NCBI GenBank assembly: GCA_044070495.1
Contig: JBIPSI010000002.1
Coordinates: 32,001-96,000 of the forward strand
Length of the DNA stretch: 64,000 nt
Reading direction: 5' to 3'
Source of the DNA: Spirulina sp.
GTDB taxonomy: Bacteria > Cyanobacteriota > Cyanobacteriia > Phormidesmidales > Phormidesmidaceae
Positions 1 to 9,058 of the stretch are shown here, one piece after another. The first letter of the stretch is position 1. Every line of letters starts with the position of its first letter. The notes beneath the pieces are model-generated. The model made no database searches and was not told the origin of the DNA. It saw nothing but the letters and a program-made list of their open reading frames with translations. A program made the position numbers and the translations under genes.

Positions 1-767
1 TTTATCTTGTAAACGATAGCCTTGATGTCGAGGCTGATCGACAACATCCAACCAAGTGTAAACGGCCAATTGCCGCAGGCCTAGTTAGTGTGCCAGAAGC
101 AATTTTTATGGCTATTTTCCTGATGGTAGGCACTATCGTTTTGGGTTGGCGACATGAGCCTATGCTGGGGACTACCTTGATCATGTATGCGGTGCTACAG
201 ATTGCCTATAACCTAAAGCTAAAACACACTGTGATTTTAGATGTGGTCGCCATCTCGTTAGGGTTCGTCCTCAGGGCCTACGCTGGGGCTGCGGCTAGCG
301 GCGTTTCCCTATCCAGTTGGTTTCTGCTTTGCACGGCCATGCTGGCCCTATTTCTTGGGGTGGAGAAACGCAAAGCCGAGTTACGCCTCAGCCAAATGAA
401 GGGGGGAAAGTCCCGTAAAGTACTATATCGATACTCACTGCCCCTCCTTGCACGGATGGAAGGCGCGGTCACTACTGGTGCCATCATGTGCTACGCCCTG
501 TGGAGTTCAGGCCCAACGGTAGGGGGATCGCCTACCCCTTGGATGATGTTGACGCTGCCGTTTGTGCTGTATGGCATCTTTCGTTACCAGTTATTGAGTG
601 ATCCAGATGAAATAGCCCGTCGCACCAACGGTACCGATCATGGAGGCCAAAGCGAACGACCTGAAGAGGTATTACTCAGTGATCGGCCCATTCTGCTCAC
701 GGTGGCGAGTTGGGCAGCAACCGCTGGAATTATTCTATATCTGTATAACCAAGGAAGTCTGGCTTAG
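1..767 (+). CDS. UbiA-family prenyltransferase, decaprenyl-phosphate phosphoribosyltransferase-like (5'-partial)
   Basis: The frame is open from position 3 and reads YLVNDSLDVEADRQHPTKCKRPIAAG (UbiA NDxxDxxxD motif plus HPxKxxRP); multi-TM; later KRKAEL and RPEEVLLSD motifs typical of this subfamily. Confidence 0.85.
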   Translation, partial: YLVNDSLDVEADRQHPTKCKRPIAAGLVSVPEAIFMAIFLMVGTIVLGWRHEPMLGTTLIMYAVLQIAYNLKLKHTVILDVVAISLGFVLRAYAGAAASGVSLSSWFLLCTAMLALFLGVEKRKAELRLSQMKGGKSRKVLYRYSLPLLARMEGAVTTGAIMCYALWSSGPTVGGSPTPWMMLTLPFVLYGIFRYQLLSDPDEIARRTNGTDHGGQSERPEEVLLSDRPILLTVASWAATAGIILYLYNQGSLA

Positions 768-867
768 CTCCGCTAGGTCATGCCGATTTCTTCATTGCTT
801 AGCTAGTCAATTGTTGCGTGTCTAACTGCATAAGTAATCCGAATCTTCACCCAAAGATGAATAGCCT

Positions 868-1455
868 ATGGCCTACAACTTAAGACAAAGGGTCGAAAAA
901 AACTTGATGGGGAGGCGAAATTTGAAAAAAGTATCTTTCTTGCCTGTATCTCGTCTTGCCCAAGTTGATCTTTCCGATCTGTGCAGGATGGGGATTAGAG
1001 GAATTATTCTAGATCTAGATAACACAATTGTTTCAGAGGATGATCGCTATCTTTCGCCGGAGGCTGAGGTGTGGATTCAGTCTGCTTTACAAAATGGTAT
1101 GGCACTGTTTATTCTCTCCAATGGCAAACGTCGATACCGAGTAGATTATTGGGCTGATCGGCTAAAAGTCCCAGCCCTCAGTCCAGCCCGTAAGCCTTTT
1201 CCTACAGGATTTAGGCGGGCGCTTAAGGTCATGGGGTGTCGCCCCCACCAAACTGTGGTGATTGGGGATAGCCTACATACGGACGTCATTGGAGCGTGGT
1301 TGGCTGGTTGCACCGCCATTCAGGTAGCTAGCTTACCCCATCCTCCTCGATGGTGGGAGCGCATTGCAGGCCGCTGGCTCCAACGAGCGTATCAATCTAG
1401 TGAAGAACTTTGGCCCTTTGATGGCAGTCTTTACCATCAGATTTCTGTGGATTAG
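868..1455 (+). CDS. YqeG-family HAD IIIA phosphatase (start may be ATG 907)
   Basis: DLDNT motif I, LSN motif II, ARKP motif III, IGDSLHTDV motif IV. Confidence 0.85.
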   Translation: MAYNLRQRVEKNLMGRRNLKKVSFLPVSRLAQVDLSDLCRMGIRGIILDLDNTIVSEDDRYLSPEAEVWIQSALQNGMALFILSNGKRRYRVDYWADRLKVPALSPARKPFPTGFRRALKVMGCRPHQTVVIGDSLHTDVIGAWLAGCTAIQVASLPHPPRWWERIAGRWLQRAYQSSEELWPFDGSLYHQISVD

Positions 1456-1544
1456 GCGAGAGTAGGAACCATTTACCTTTAGACATCCATAGTGAATTTA
1501 ATCGGTTTTACTTCGTTGATTTTGCCCTCGATAGGTTGTCTTTC

Positions 1545-1868
1545 ATGTTTTTTTTAGTGTTGATTATGGCTACCGTGGCCTTGAATACGCTAGCTCAAAT
1601 CTTGCTTAAGGCGGGGTCGGGCCAGTTTCTTCTGAATCCCTATTTATTAGGCGGTATTGCAGCCTACGGGCTAAGCACTCTCATGTATATTTCGGTGCTA
1701 GGTAAGCTCAATTTGTCCCTGGCATATCCACTCATCATTGGCCTGACAACCATTGCCACGACTGTAGCTGGGGCACACTTTTTTCAAGAGAAGGTAGAAC
1801 CGATGGCCTGGGTTGGCATTGGCTTAATGTTGAGTGGTATTAGTGCCCTTACCCTAGGACGACGTTAA
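1545..1868 (+). CDS. SMR/EamA-like 4-TM small membrane protein (ArnE/ArnF flippase-like)
   Basis: About 107 aa, four hydrophobic helices, AQILLK, LSLAYPL and FFQEKV motifs of the DMT/SMR superfamily. Confidence 0.7.
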   Translation: MFFLVLIMATVALNTLAQILLKAGSGQFLLNPYLLGGIAAYGLSTLMYISVLGKLNLSLAYPLIIGLTTIATTVAGAHFFQEKVEPMAWVGIGLMLSGISALTLGRR

Positions 1869-1999
1869 GAGGACGTTTGAAAAGGGTTGCCTCAGGTGCG
1901 ATTGGTCGCTAGATCGGTGTAAATCTACGGGATTTTTGACGACTGAGGCTGACCTCATCGGTATAACTTGGGACACGCTTCGGCTTTTCAAACGTCCTC
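1869..1999. mobile_element. MITE, 131 bp, with 16-bp perfect terminal inverted repeats and a TAA target duplication (IS5/IS1031-group-like ends)
   Basis: GAGGACGTTTGAAAAG (1869-1884) and CTTTTCAAACGTCCTC (1984-1999), flanked by TAA at 1866-1868 and 2000-2002; no transposase ORF inside. Confidence 0.85.
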
Positions 2000-2026
2000 T
2001 AAGATCTTGACGATAGGTAACGGTCA

Positions 2027-2116
2027 GGTAGTGTTCTAGAGCTGTGTATTACTTGTCATACATAGGCCTAGAGCACCACCATATTTTGCCGCTAAACACA
2101 GGTCTAGAACACTACC
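2027..2116. mobile_element. 90-bp element bounded by IS1-like inverted ends, with a third degenerate end copy inside
   Basis: GGTAGTGTTCTAGAGCTGTGT (2027-2047) pairs with ACACAGGTCTAGAACACTACC (2096-2116) with 1 mismatch; degenerate copy ACATAGGCCTAGAGCACCACC at 2060-2080; the GGT(A/G)(A/G)TG start resembles IS1-family ends; no target duplication seen. Confidence 0.55.
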
Positions 2117-2429
2117 CGGATTTTGAATTCAGGAAAAGCTCCTCGACCCGAAACCGAAGGGCTTATGCCAGCACCAAGGGCACGTCCAAACCTTTGTCCA
2201 GTACCCAGCGATTGCCTAGGAAGCGCTACCACCGTCGCTCGGCGCTTTGCGCCTGACGGGCACGACTCGGCACATCATAGGCTTCCCACCCCGGCAGGAT
2301 CAACTGACCACTGCACACCAGCGCGGTCACCATCCAAGCCAGGGCGTTGAGGTGCCGCAGGTCACGGCGATGGCTATATTGATGCAGTAGTGGCAGCACT
2401 TGACAATCCAGGCGGGTGGCGGCTGACAT
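2117..2429 (-). pseudogene. IS4-family transposase remnant (stop codons, large internal deletion, truncated)
   Basis: One frame reads MSAATRLDCQVLPLLHQYSHRRDLRHLNALAWMVTAL...ERRW*RFLGNRWV...PLVLA*ALRFRVEELFLNSK. The last part is the IS4 Y-x2-R-x3-E-x6-K signature with the Tyr position read as TAA. Confidence 0.8.
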
Positions 2430-2519
2430 GGTGCAGACTCTGCGATGACACAAATTTCAGCGTCTCATGTCACCGCACCTGTTCCACCTCGCGTCACGAG
2501 ATTTCAAGCCTTTTGCCCA

Positions 2520-2537
2520 CTTCTGTCAGTCAGTCAG
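2520..2537 (-). mobile_element. Probable left terminal repeat of the IS4-family remnant
   Basis: Minus strand reads CTGACTGACTGACAGAAG about 100 bp upstream of the transposase start; CTGA(C/T) ends are typical of IS4-family (IS10/IS50) elements. Confidence 0.5.
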
Positions 2538-2565
2538 ACAGGGTCGGTGGGTCAGGCCGTTAGGG

Positions 2566-2805
2566 TTAGAATACCTGCTCAATTTCGGCGATTTCGGGGA
2601 TAAATTCCCGCAGGCGACGCTCGATGCCCATGCGTAGGGTCATGGCAGAACTGGGGCAAGATCCACAGGCCCCTTGCAGCCGCAGTTTCACAATCGGGCC
2701 ATCGATTTCCACCAGTTCCACGTTGCCGCCGTCGGCCAGCAGGTAGGGCCGCAGTTCATCTAGCACCTGTTCGACGTTGTCGGAGGTTAGGGCGAGGGTT
2801 TGCAT
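2566..2805 (-). CDS. nfuA: NifU/NfuA Fe-S cluster scaffold
   Basis: 79 aa with [15 protein letters not shown] and GACGSCPSS (CxxC) Nfu motifs. Confidence 0.92.
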   Translation of the reverse strand: MQTLALTSDNVEQVLDELRPYLLADGGNVELVEIDGPIVKLRLQGACGSCPSSAMTLRMGIERRLREFIPEIAEIEQVF

Positions 2806-2925
2806 AACAGAATCCTTTGGTGAGAGTCAGCAGTTCTTCTATTGTAAAGATATCCCTGCGGCTCCAACCGTTGAATTCCTCAAGGGCGGCGATAGATCGA
2901 CCCAGGGCAGCGGTACCGTATGGCG

Positions 2926-2993
2926 AAAAACCCGGTTTCTTCATCGGGTGATGCAAGCGATTTAGTCTTCCCTAGGGTGGACACCGGGTTTCT
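2926..2993 (-). repeat. REPIN-like element, AGAAACC(C/G)GGTTTCT doublet family (reverse orientation)
   Basis: Palindromic units at 2926-2940 and 2979-2993 (53 nt apart); the reverse complement aligns with the copies at 43219 and 48863. Confidence 0.7.
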
Positions 2994-3128
2994 GAACCGA
3001 CGGCCTCGGGCAGGGGCTGGGGGAGCGATTATTCCTTAGCAAAAAGAGTATTCGCCTACGGAAATCTGGGATAAGCTTAGGGCGATATCCACCCCTCAGG
3101 GGGATGTTCGCTGCTCCCACTCAGTTGT

Positions 3129-3764
3129 ATGCGTATGAAGTGGCCATTTCTGGTTAAACCTGCCCTCGTTCGGCGCTTGCCCTCCCGTTTGCTGCTGGCC
3201 TCGCTAGGTACAGCCCTGACCACCGCCGCCGTCATTCCCCTCCACCAGACCGTTCAGGCTCAGAATATTGCCCTGGGCAGCAGCACGATGCTGTGGACCC
3301 AGGCCTCTTTCCCGGTCGAAAATTTCCAGACCTACACCTCCCCCTTTGGCTATCGTCGCGACCCCTACAGTGGGACGCAGCGGTTTCACTACGGCCTAGA
3401 TCTCGCCGCCCCCAACGGCAGCTACATTCGCAACTGGTGGGCCGGGGAAGTGCTGTGGGTGGAAGACCAGGGAGCCTGCGGTACCTCCATTGCCATCCAG
3501 TCGGGGGAATGGACTCACATCTATTGCCACATGCATGGCCGCGTAGAGGGCAGTGGCCAAAGCCAGGTATTGATTGATCGCGAGGGCGGCATTCAACTGC
3601 GCCCAGGGCAAATGGTACCCGCCGGAGCCCGCATTGGCCGCGTGGGGATGACGGGCCGCACCACAGGCCCCCACCTGCACTGGGGCATGAAGTACCAAGG
3701 CAACTGGGTGGATCCAGCCCTGGTGCTCCAGGCCATGTACCTCAGTCAGCAAGCGGCTCGATAA
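3129..3764 (+). CDS. M23-family peptidase
   Basis: HYGLD (HxxxD), YCHM and TGPHLHW (HxH) motifs; N-terminal signal-like segment. Confidence 0.9.
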   Translation: MRMKWPFLVKPALVRRLPSRLLLASLGTALTTAAVIPLHQTVQAQNIALGSSTMLWTQASFPVENFQTYTSPFGYRRDPYSGTQRFHYGLDLAAPNGSYIRNWWAGEVLWVEDQGACGTSIAIQSGEWTHIYCHMHGRVEGSGQSQVLIDREGGIQLRPGQMVPAGARIGRVGMTGRTTGPHLHWGMKYQGNWVDPALVLQAMYLSQQAAR

Positions 3765-3767
3765 GCG

Positions 3768-4565
3768 GTGTCAGGCAGAGTGGTGAGGGGGATGAGGGGC
3801 ATCCGCAACCTAGGGCTAGGGCTGATGATGGGCCTAGCGCTTTTGCTGAATGGCTGCTTTCAGGCCGACCTCACCCTCCGGTTTGACCACCATCACCATG
3901 GCCAATGGAGCCAAACCGTTACCCTGGGCGAGCGCAACCTGGCCTTTGCCAGCGATGCCCTGACCCCTTGGCTTCAGCAACTCCGTCCGGCGGTGCAGCG
4001 GTTGGGGGGTCGCCTGCGCCAAACCCCTACCGCCATCGAGCTAACGGTACCCTTCAGCACCCCAGCGGATTTGGCAGAACGCTTTAACCGGGTATTGGCA
4101 GACCCGATCCCTGGGGAACCCGTTGGTTCACTCCCTGGTGTCCCCCTTGAAGCTCCCGCCGCCACGGTGATTACCCTACCCGCCCTGGGAACGGTGCCCT
4201 TTTACCTAGAAACCCAGGAGCAAAACTGGGGGCTATTCAGTCGAGTGCGGCTGAGGTACGACTTGGATTTGCGTGGGGTGGAATTTTCCTCGGACTCTGC
4301 CATCGGTAGCGACGGTCTCCTAGCCAATCCGGTATCCTTGGCGGTGCAGGTGCCTTGGGGAATAAGCCTGGTTGAAACCGAGAGCCTTGTCCCTGCCCAA
4401 ACCAATCCCACCGAAGCCCGGTGGATCCTACCCCTAGGGGAACAGAGCCATATCGATGTACGGTTTTGGCTCCCCAACTGGATAGGGCTGGGGGGGGTGA
4501 TCCTGGCCTTCACCGTGCTGATGGGCTACGTGATGCGCTATCGCTGGCTAGGGCCACCCCGGTGA
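3768..4565 (+). CDS. DUF3153-like lipoprotein with a C-terminal TM helix
   Basis: Lipobox LLLNGC and C-terminal FWLPNWIGLGG plus TM helix; start may be ATG 3792. Confidence 0.7.
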   Translation: MSGRVVRGMRGIRNLGLGLMMGLALLLNGCFQADLTLRFDHHHHGQWSQTVTLGERNLAFASDALTPWLQQLRPAVQRLGGRLRQTPTAIELTVPFSTPADLAERFNRVLADPIPGEPVGSLPGVPLEAPAATVITLPALGTVPFYLETQEQNWGLFSRVRLRYDLDLRGVEFSSDSAIGSDGLLANPVSLAVQVPWGISLVETESLVPAQTNPTEARWILPLGEQSHIDVRFWLPNWIGLGGVILAFTVLMGYVMRYRWLGPPR

Positions 4566-4608
4566 GTAAGATAGACCTAGACAAAGTGAACCCTTAAGAT
4601 GCAAGGCT

Positions 4609-4953
4609 ATGAAACAAATTAACTTCGTTGTCATTTTTGTCATTGCCCTGGCCCTGGTGTTGTTTGGCATCGAAAACACTGAACCGGTGCTGATTCACAT
4701 TGCCAAGGGGCTGGATGTGGAGGCTCCCCTCTGTGTTGAGCTAATTATGGCCATGGGGGTGGGGGCGGTACTGGCCTGGGTGTTTAGCGTGTGGGCTCAG
4801 GTACAGGGCTACTTTTCCGTGGGGCAGCAGGTGAAGCAGCGGGAACTGCGCATCCAAGAACTGGAACAAGACGTGGAGCGCTACCGGGTAGAACTGGAGG
4901 AACAGAGCCTGCTGCTGCCCGCCTCAGAAGCGAAAGCAGAAGGGCAGAGCTAA
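4609..4953 (+). CDS. LapA (DUF1049)-family membrane protein
   Basis: Two TM helices with FGIENTEPV, followed by a coiled-coil tail. Confidence 0.75.
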   Translation: MKQINFVVIFVIALALVLFGIENTEPVLIHIAKGLDVEAPLCVELIMAMGVGAVLAWVFSVWAQVQGYFSVGQQVKQRELRIQELEQDVERYRVELEEQSLLLPASEAKAEGQS

Positions 4954-5077
4954 GATAGGCCCAGTCTGTGCCGGGGTTACCTAAGACCAGACCATCGCCC
5001 CAGCCTATCGATTGCGCTGGTTCTGACCGTCTGCCCCATTCCCATCGGTATGGCGACCTTCCTCCATCGGTAACCCT

Positions 5078-5950
5078 ATGGCTTCCTCCTCCCTTGCCCA
5101 AACCGCCATTGCCTTCCTGATCGACCTGGCCGAACGGGGCGAAATCGACCCCTGGGATGTGAAGGTGATCGACGTGATGGATCGCTTCCTCACTAGCCTG
5201 CACGACCAGGCCGAATCCCTGGCCCAGCAGGGCCGCACCCCCTACGAAGCCAACCTCTCCGAATCGGGCCAAGCCTTTCTCTATGCCTCCATGCTGGTGC
5301 TGCTGAAGGCCGATTCTATGGTGCGCAGCGAAGCCGAGGAGGCTGAAGAGGTCGAGGAGGATGGGTTCTGGCCAGAGGACGATCTCGCCACCGTACCCCT
5401 GCCCCGCAACCTAGAGCGCCACCTGCATCGGCGGGCGGTGGCGGTGCCCCCCAAACGGCGGCGAGTCACCCTCAACGAACTGATCCAACAGCTCGAAGCC
5501 ATGGCCGAGGTGATGGCCGAACACCAGCCCCGCAATCGGGTACGCCGCGCCAAGCCCCAGGCCAAACGCCAAGCCGTCCGCGCCATTGCCCAACTGGCCC
5601 ACCAGGAAAACCTCTCGGAAATTGCCGCCGCCCTAGAACAGTTTCTCGACGCCTACTGGGACACCCTAGAGGACGACCATCCCTGCTGGCTGGATTTTGA
5701 ACAGTTGATCCAGGCTTGGCCAGACTTTCAGCCCGAGGAATTGAAAACCAGCCACCATTTCGAGACCGACGCCGAAGCCGCCACCCACGAGCGAGTCGGT
5801 GTTTTTTGGGGCCTGCTGTTTCTCTCGGCCCAGTCGAAGGTGGAACTATCCCAACAGGTGTTTTACCGAGACCTGCGGGTACGTAATCTCAACCGTTCTC
5901 CCCTCAGTGCCGAAGAAGCAGGGCTAGCTCCCTTTATCCTGCCAGACTAA
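5078..5950 (+). CDS. scpA: Segregation/condensation protein A (kleisin)
   Basis: GEIDPWDVKVIDVMDRFL, FLYASMLVLLKA and C-terminal FWGLLFLSAQSKVELSQ motifs. Confidence 0.9.
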   Translation: MASSSLAQTAIAFLIDLAERGEIDPWDVKVIDVMDRFLTSLHDQAESLAQQGRTPYEANLSESGQAFLYASMLVLLKADSMVRSEAEEAEEVEEDGFWPEDDLATVPLPRNLERHLHRRAVAVPPKRRRVTLNELIQQLEAMAEVMAEHQPRNRVRRAKPQAKRQAVRAIAQLAHQENLSEIAAALEQFLDAYWDTLEDDHPCWLDFEQLIQAWPDFQPEELKTSHHFETDAEAATHERVGVFWGLLFLSAQSKVELSQQVFYRDLRVRNLNRSPLSAEEAGLAPFILPD

Positions 5951-6001
5951 TCCCACAAATCCAAATTCCATCCCCCGATGCCTCCACCCGCCTAACGGTG
6001 C

Positions 6002-6051
6002 GTAGGGGCGAGGTTTCCTCACCCAAGTTCCCGCCCAGGTTCCCGCCCAGG
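6002..6051 (+). repeat. GTAG-type REP followed by a 12-bp tandem duplication
   Basis: GTAGGGGCGAGGTTTCCTCACCC, then TTCCCGCCCAGG x2; related to the REPs at 13488-13562. Confidence 0.55.
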
Positions 6052-6221
6052 AAAACCGGGATCATCAACGCGAATTCAGGAAAATCCCTGCCTAGAATGT
6101 GTCATCAATTTCGGCCCAAGCCCTTGTGGGCCAAGCCTTTTCTAGAAGACCGAATCAAGTCCTAGACTAGGGGCTGCAACCCTTGATTCCTGAGCTATCA
6201 GAGCCTATTGGATGACAGCCC

Positions 6222-7283
6222 CTAAAACTGTTGGCCAATATAGATAGAACGCACTTCTCCATTGCGACGAATCACCGCCTCTTGGTTGGAGACCGAGACC
6301 AAGCTCCAGCCTGCATTGCCAATGCGCTCACCCATGTAAACCCGCTGGGATACGCCGTTAATTTCAAACAGGGCGGCGGAACGATCCCCTAACTCCAACA
6401 CCCCCACCAAAACATGGTTGACCACGGGGGCAGCGGGCTGGGACGGAGTTGCGGCACTGCCAGGGGCAGGTACGATGGGCGTGGCGGGTAGGGATCCTGC
6501 CATGGAGGGACTCCCCAGGGAAGGCGGGGCAGTCGGTAGGGCGGGGGGGGTGGCCTGGTAGGGAATGTAGACCCGCTCAATTACGTTGATGCGCCCCGGC
6601 AAGCCCAGGCTAGATCCCTGGGAGGGCAACGTTAATCCACCGGGGGGCAGAAGGGATCCATGGGGCAAAAGAGCTTGGGCCTGGGGCGCTTCCGTTTGGG
6701 CTTGGGCGACCTGCTTTTCAATGGCATCTAGGGAACGCTGGAGGTAGGCCAAAAACTCCGCATCGCTTTGCCCCGCCGAGGCCACACTGTCTGCAACTGA
6801 GTCGCTGGGTGGGGTGCCCTCAGGCCGCTGACCAAACCACAACAGGGCCACAACTCCCGCCAGGGAGCAGGCTGTACAGGCCAACAACAGGCGATCTAGC
6901 CATAACCCCATGCGGGTCTTAGGGGGCGCATCGGGCGTGGTAGGAGGCTCGACAGCGGGCACAAGGGTGGTGATAGGGGCCGCCAAGGCTCTGTCCTGAC
7001 CAGGATCGGGGGCTGCTGCCGGGGTTGGCAAGGGCTGAAGGGCGGCTTCATCGGGGCTGGGGGGGGCTTTGAGTTCCTCCTCCACGGCGGCTAGAGCGGT
7101 TTCGTCTCCGTCCAGCAGCCGTTCAAGATCGCCAAATAGGCTGCCCATTAGGGTATCGGCATAGGTGCTCACCATCCCAGCCGGATTCATCACCGTGGTC
7201 TCAGCCGCATCTTCCAGGGAGGGCTGGGGGGCCGTTTCGTCGGGAAGTAGGGTGGCCGTGTTTAGGGGAGTGTCTGGGCTCAT
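6222..7283 (-). CDS. Hypothetical single-TM Pro-rich protein with a C-terminal GspC/PilP-like beta domain
   Basis: Long ORF with one TM helix; C-terminal LVGVLELGDRSAALFEINGVSQRVYMGERIG...WSLVSV resembles the T2SS-C HR/PilP fold (inference). Confidence 0.6.
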   Translation of the reverse strand: MSPDTPLNTATLLPDETAPQPSLEDAAETTVMNPAGMVSTYADTLMGSLFGDLERLLDGDETALAAVEEELKAPPSPDEAALQPLPTPAAAPDPGQDRALAAPITTLVPAVEPPTTPDAPPKTRMGLWLDRLLLACTACSLAGVVALLWFGQRPEGTPPSDSVADSVASAGQSDAEFLAYLQRSLDAIEKQVAQAQTEAPQAQALLPHGSLLPPGGLTLPSQGSSLGLPGRINVIERVYIPYQATPPALPTAPPSLGSPSMAGSLPATPIVPAPGSAATPSQPAAPVVNHVLVGVLELGDRSAALFEINGVSQRVYMGERIGNAGWSLVSVSNQEAVIRRNGEVRSIYIGQQF

Positions 7284-7661
7284 GGGCGTTGTCCTAGGGA
7301 TAGCATCCCAACTCAGCAAATTAAGCAATCGAAATCAGGCTAGCAACCTGGTAACCCAGGCCCGGTGAACGAAGGATGCAGGGGCAGAACCTGGGCGACG
7401 AGACCCTATCGGCCTCAAGGGTTCACCTCAGCCTTGGGCTAGGTCGTAATTTGCTGAAGTGTACTCCAACTTTCAGAATCTTTCACTATTTCGTGATGTT
7501 TCACGAAGTCACAGATCATACCAAGGACGGCTTGACGACCCTCGATTCCCCAGTAGTGTATGGTTGATCGTCGAATCAATCAGGGGGTTTCCAGGTGAAA
7601 TCGTAGCCGCAACGGCATCCTACGGTTCTGGGTTTTGAAAATCGGGGCTATGGGATTCAGG

Positions 7662-8942
7662 TTAAGAAGCCCGTTCGGCGGTGAGCCAATCGATGAACTG
7701 GCGGGCGGTGCGTCCGGATCGTCCGTTGTGGCGGGTGGCCCACTGAAGCGCCTTAGCCGTGAGGTCCTCTGGCTCGATGGCAAGCTGGGCCTGTTTGGCG
7801 AGGTGGTGGACAATGGCCAGATAGGTGGGTTGGTCGGCGGGTTCAAAGGTGAGGGTGAGGCCAAAGCGATCACTAAAGGACAGCTTTTCCTGCACCGTAT
7901 CCCAAGACTGCACCTCGTCTTGGTCGCTGGGGCGGGGGCGATCACTAAAGTATTCCCGCACCAAGTGGCGGCGGTTGGAGGTGGCATAGACCACCACATT
8001 TTGGGGTCGTGCCGTAACGCTGCCCTCCAGCACCACTTTTAGAGATTTAAAGGCGTCATCGTCCTCCTCAAAGGACAAGTCATCCACAAAAATAATGAAT
8101 TTCTGGGGGGCAGTGCGCAGCCGATCCACAATCCGGGGCAGGGCTTGCAGGGCGGGCTTGGGCACTTCTACCAGCCGCAATCCCTGGGGGCCATACTCGT
8201 TGACTAGGGCCTTCACCAAGGAGGATTTTCCCGACCCCCGACTACCGTAGAGCAGCACATTCAGGGCGGGATAGCCCCGCAGTAGTGCCAGAGTGTTCTG
8301 GATTAACTGCTGGCGAGGATAGTCGTAGGCGGCGAGGGTGTCTAGGCGCACGGGGTCGGGGTGGGAGACGCCCTGGAGGTCGTCTCCCTGCCAAGTAAAG
8401 ACCTGGTACTGGGCGAGGGATCCCACCCCCTGCCGTTGGTAGTGGGTGGCGAGGGCTTCCACCTGGTTTGGCCAGGGCTGGTTCAGATCAAAGGCGAAGG
8501 GTAGGGAATCGGGCACCGTGTCCCACGCCACCGGGGGAACCTCTAGGCCACCCACCACCTGCACCCATTCCGCCATTTGGTAACTGGTTAAAGCATTTAG
8601 GCTTTGCAGCAGGGCCAAATCGTGGCGGGCGGCCTGGGCGAGGGCGGCGGGAATGCCCTCTAGCCCCCGGTGCTGCACCTGCTGGGTGAAGGGATTATCG
8701 GCATAGACCATGCGCCGTTGCAGGTAGCTCGACCAGGTTTCCTGGGCCGTTGCTAGGGCCTGAAACCAACGGCCATAGGCCCGCAAACTCTCCACGGTAG
8801 ACTGGCTGGCCACCGCCTCTAGCAGACTCACAAAGGATTGCCCCACCTCATCCTGCAAACTGTCGCCGTAGATCAGCAGGGTGGCGAGGGCTTGGCGATA
8901 GCTCTGAATTTCCGCCACGATGGTGGTTGGAAACTGGGTCAT
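7662..8942 (-). CDS. DUF815-family AAA+ ATPase
   Basis: Walker A GSRGSGKSS, FVDDLSFE, YATSNRRHL, LSFSDRFGL, RSGRTARQF. Confidence 0.9.
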   Translation of the reverse strand: MTQFPTTIVAEIQSYRQALATLLIYGDSLQDEVGQSFVSLLEAVASQSTVESLRAYGRWFQALATAQETWSSYLQRRMVYADNPFTQQVQHRGLEGIPAALAQAARHDLALLQSLNALTSYQMAEWVQVVGGLEVPPVAWDTVPDSLPFAFDLNQPWPNQVEALATHYQRQGVGSLAQYQVFTWQGDDLQGVSHPDPVRLDTLAAYDYPRQQLIQNTLALLRGYPALNVLLYGSRGSGKSSLVKALVNEYGPQGLRLVEVPKPALQALPRIVDRLRTAPQKFIIFVDDLSFEEDDDAFKSLKVVLEGSVTARPQNVVVYATSNRRHLVREYFSDRPRPSDQDEVQSWDTVQEKLSFSDRFGLTLTFEPADQPTYLAIVHHLAKQAQLAIEPEDLTAKALQWATRHNGRSGRTARQFIDWLTAERAS

Positions 8943-9058
8943 AGGTATCCTTGAAATGCTCTCCACAGGGTATCACCATGGTCGAGGGTAAGCCGCTAGC
9001 GCCGCCTTGGACAGAGCCGATTTCCCTGATTTTTACAACCCAAGGGCACACAACGATT

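Noticed and set aside
6096..6222. Possible decayed MITE with TGTCATC...GATGACA ends
   Set aside because: Only a 7-bp perfect inverted match and no clear target duplication; cannot be supported without other copies.
7490..7507. Palindrome TTCGTGA-TGTT-TCACGAA as a CRP site
   Set aside because: The spacer is 4 nt rather than 6 and the half-sites differ from TGTGA; it cannot be assigned.
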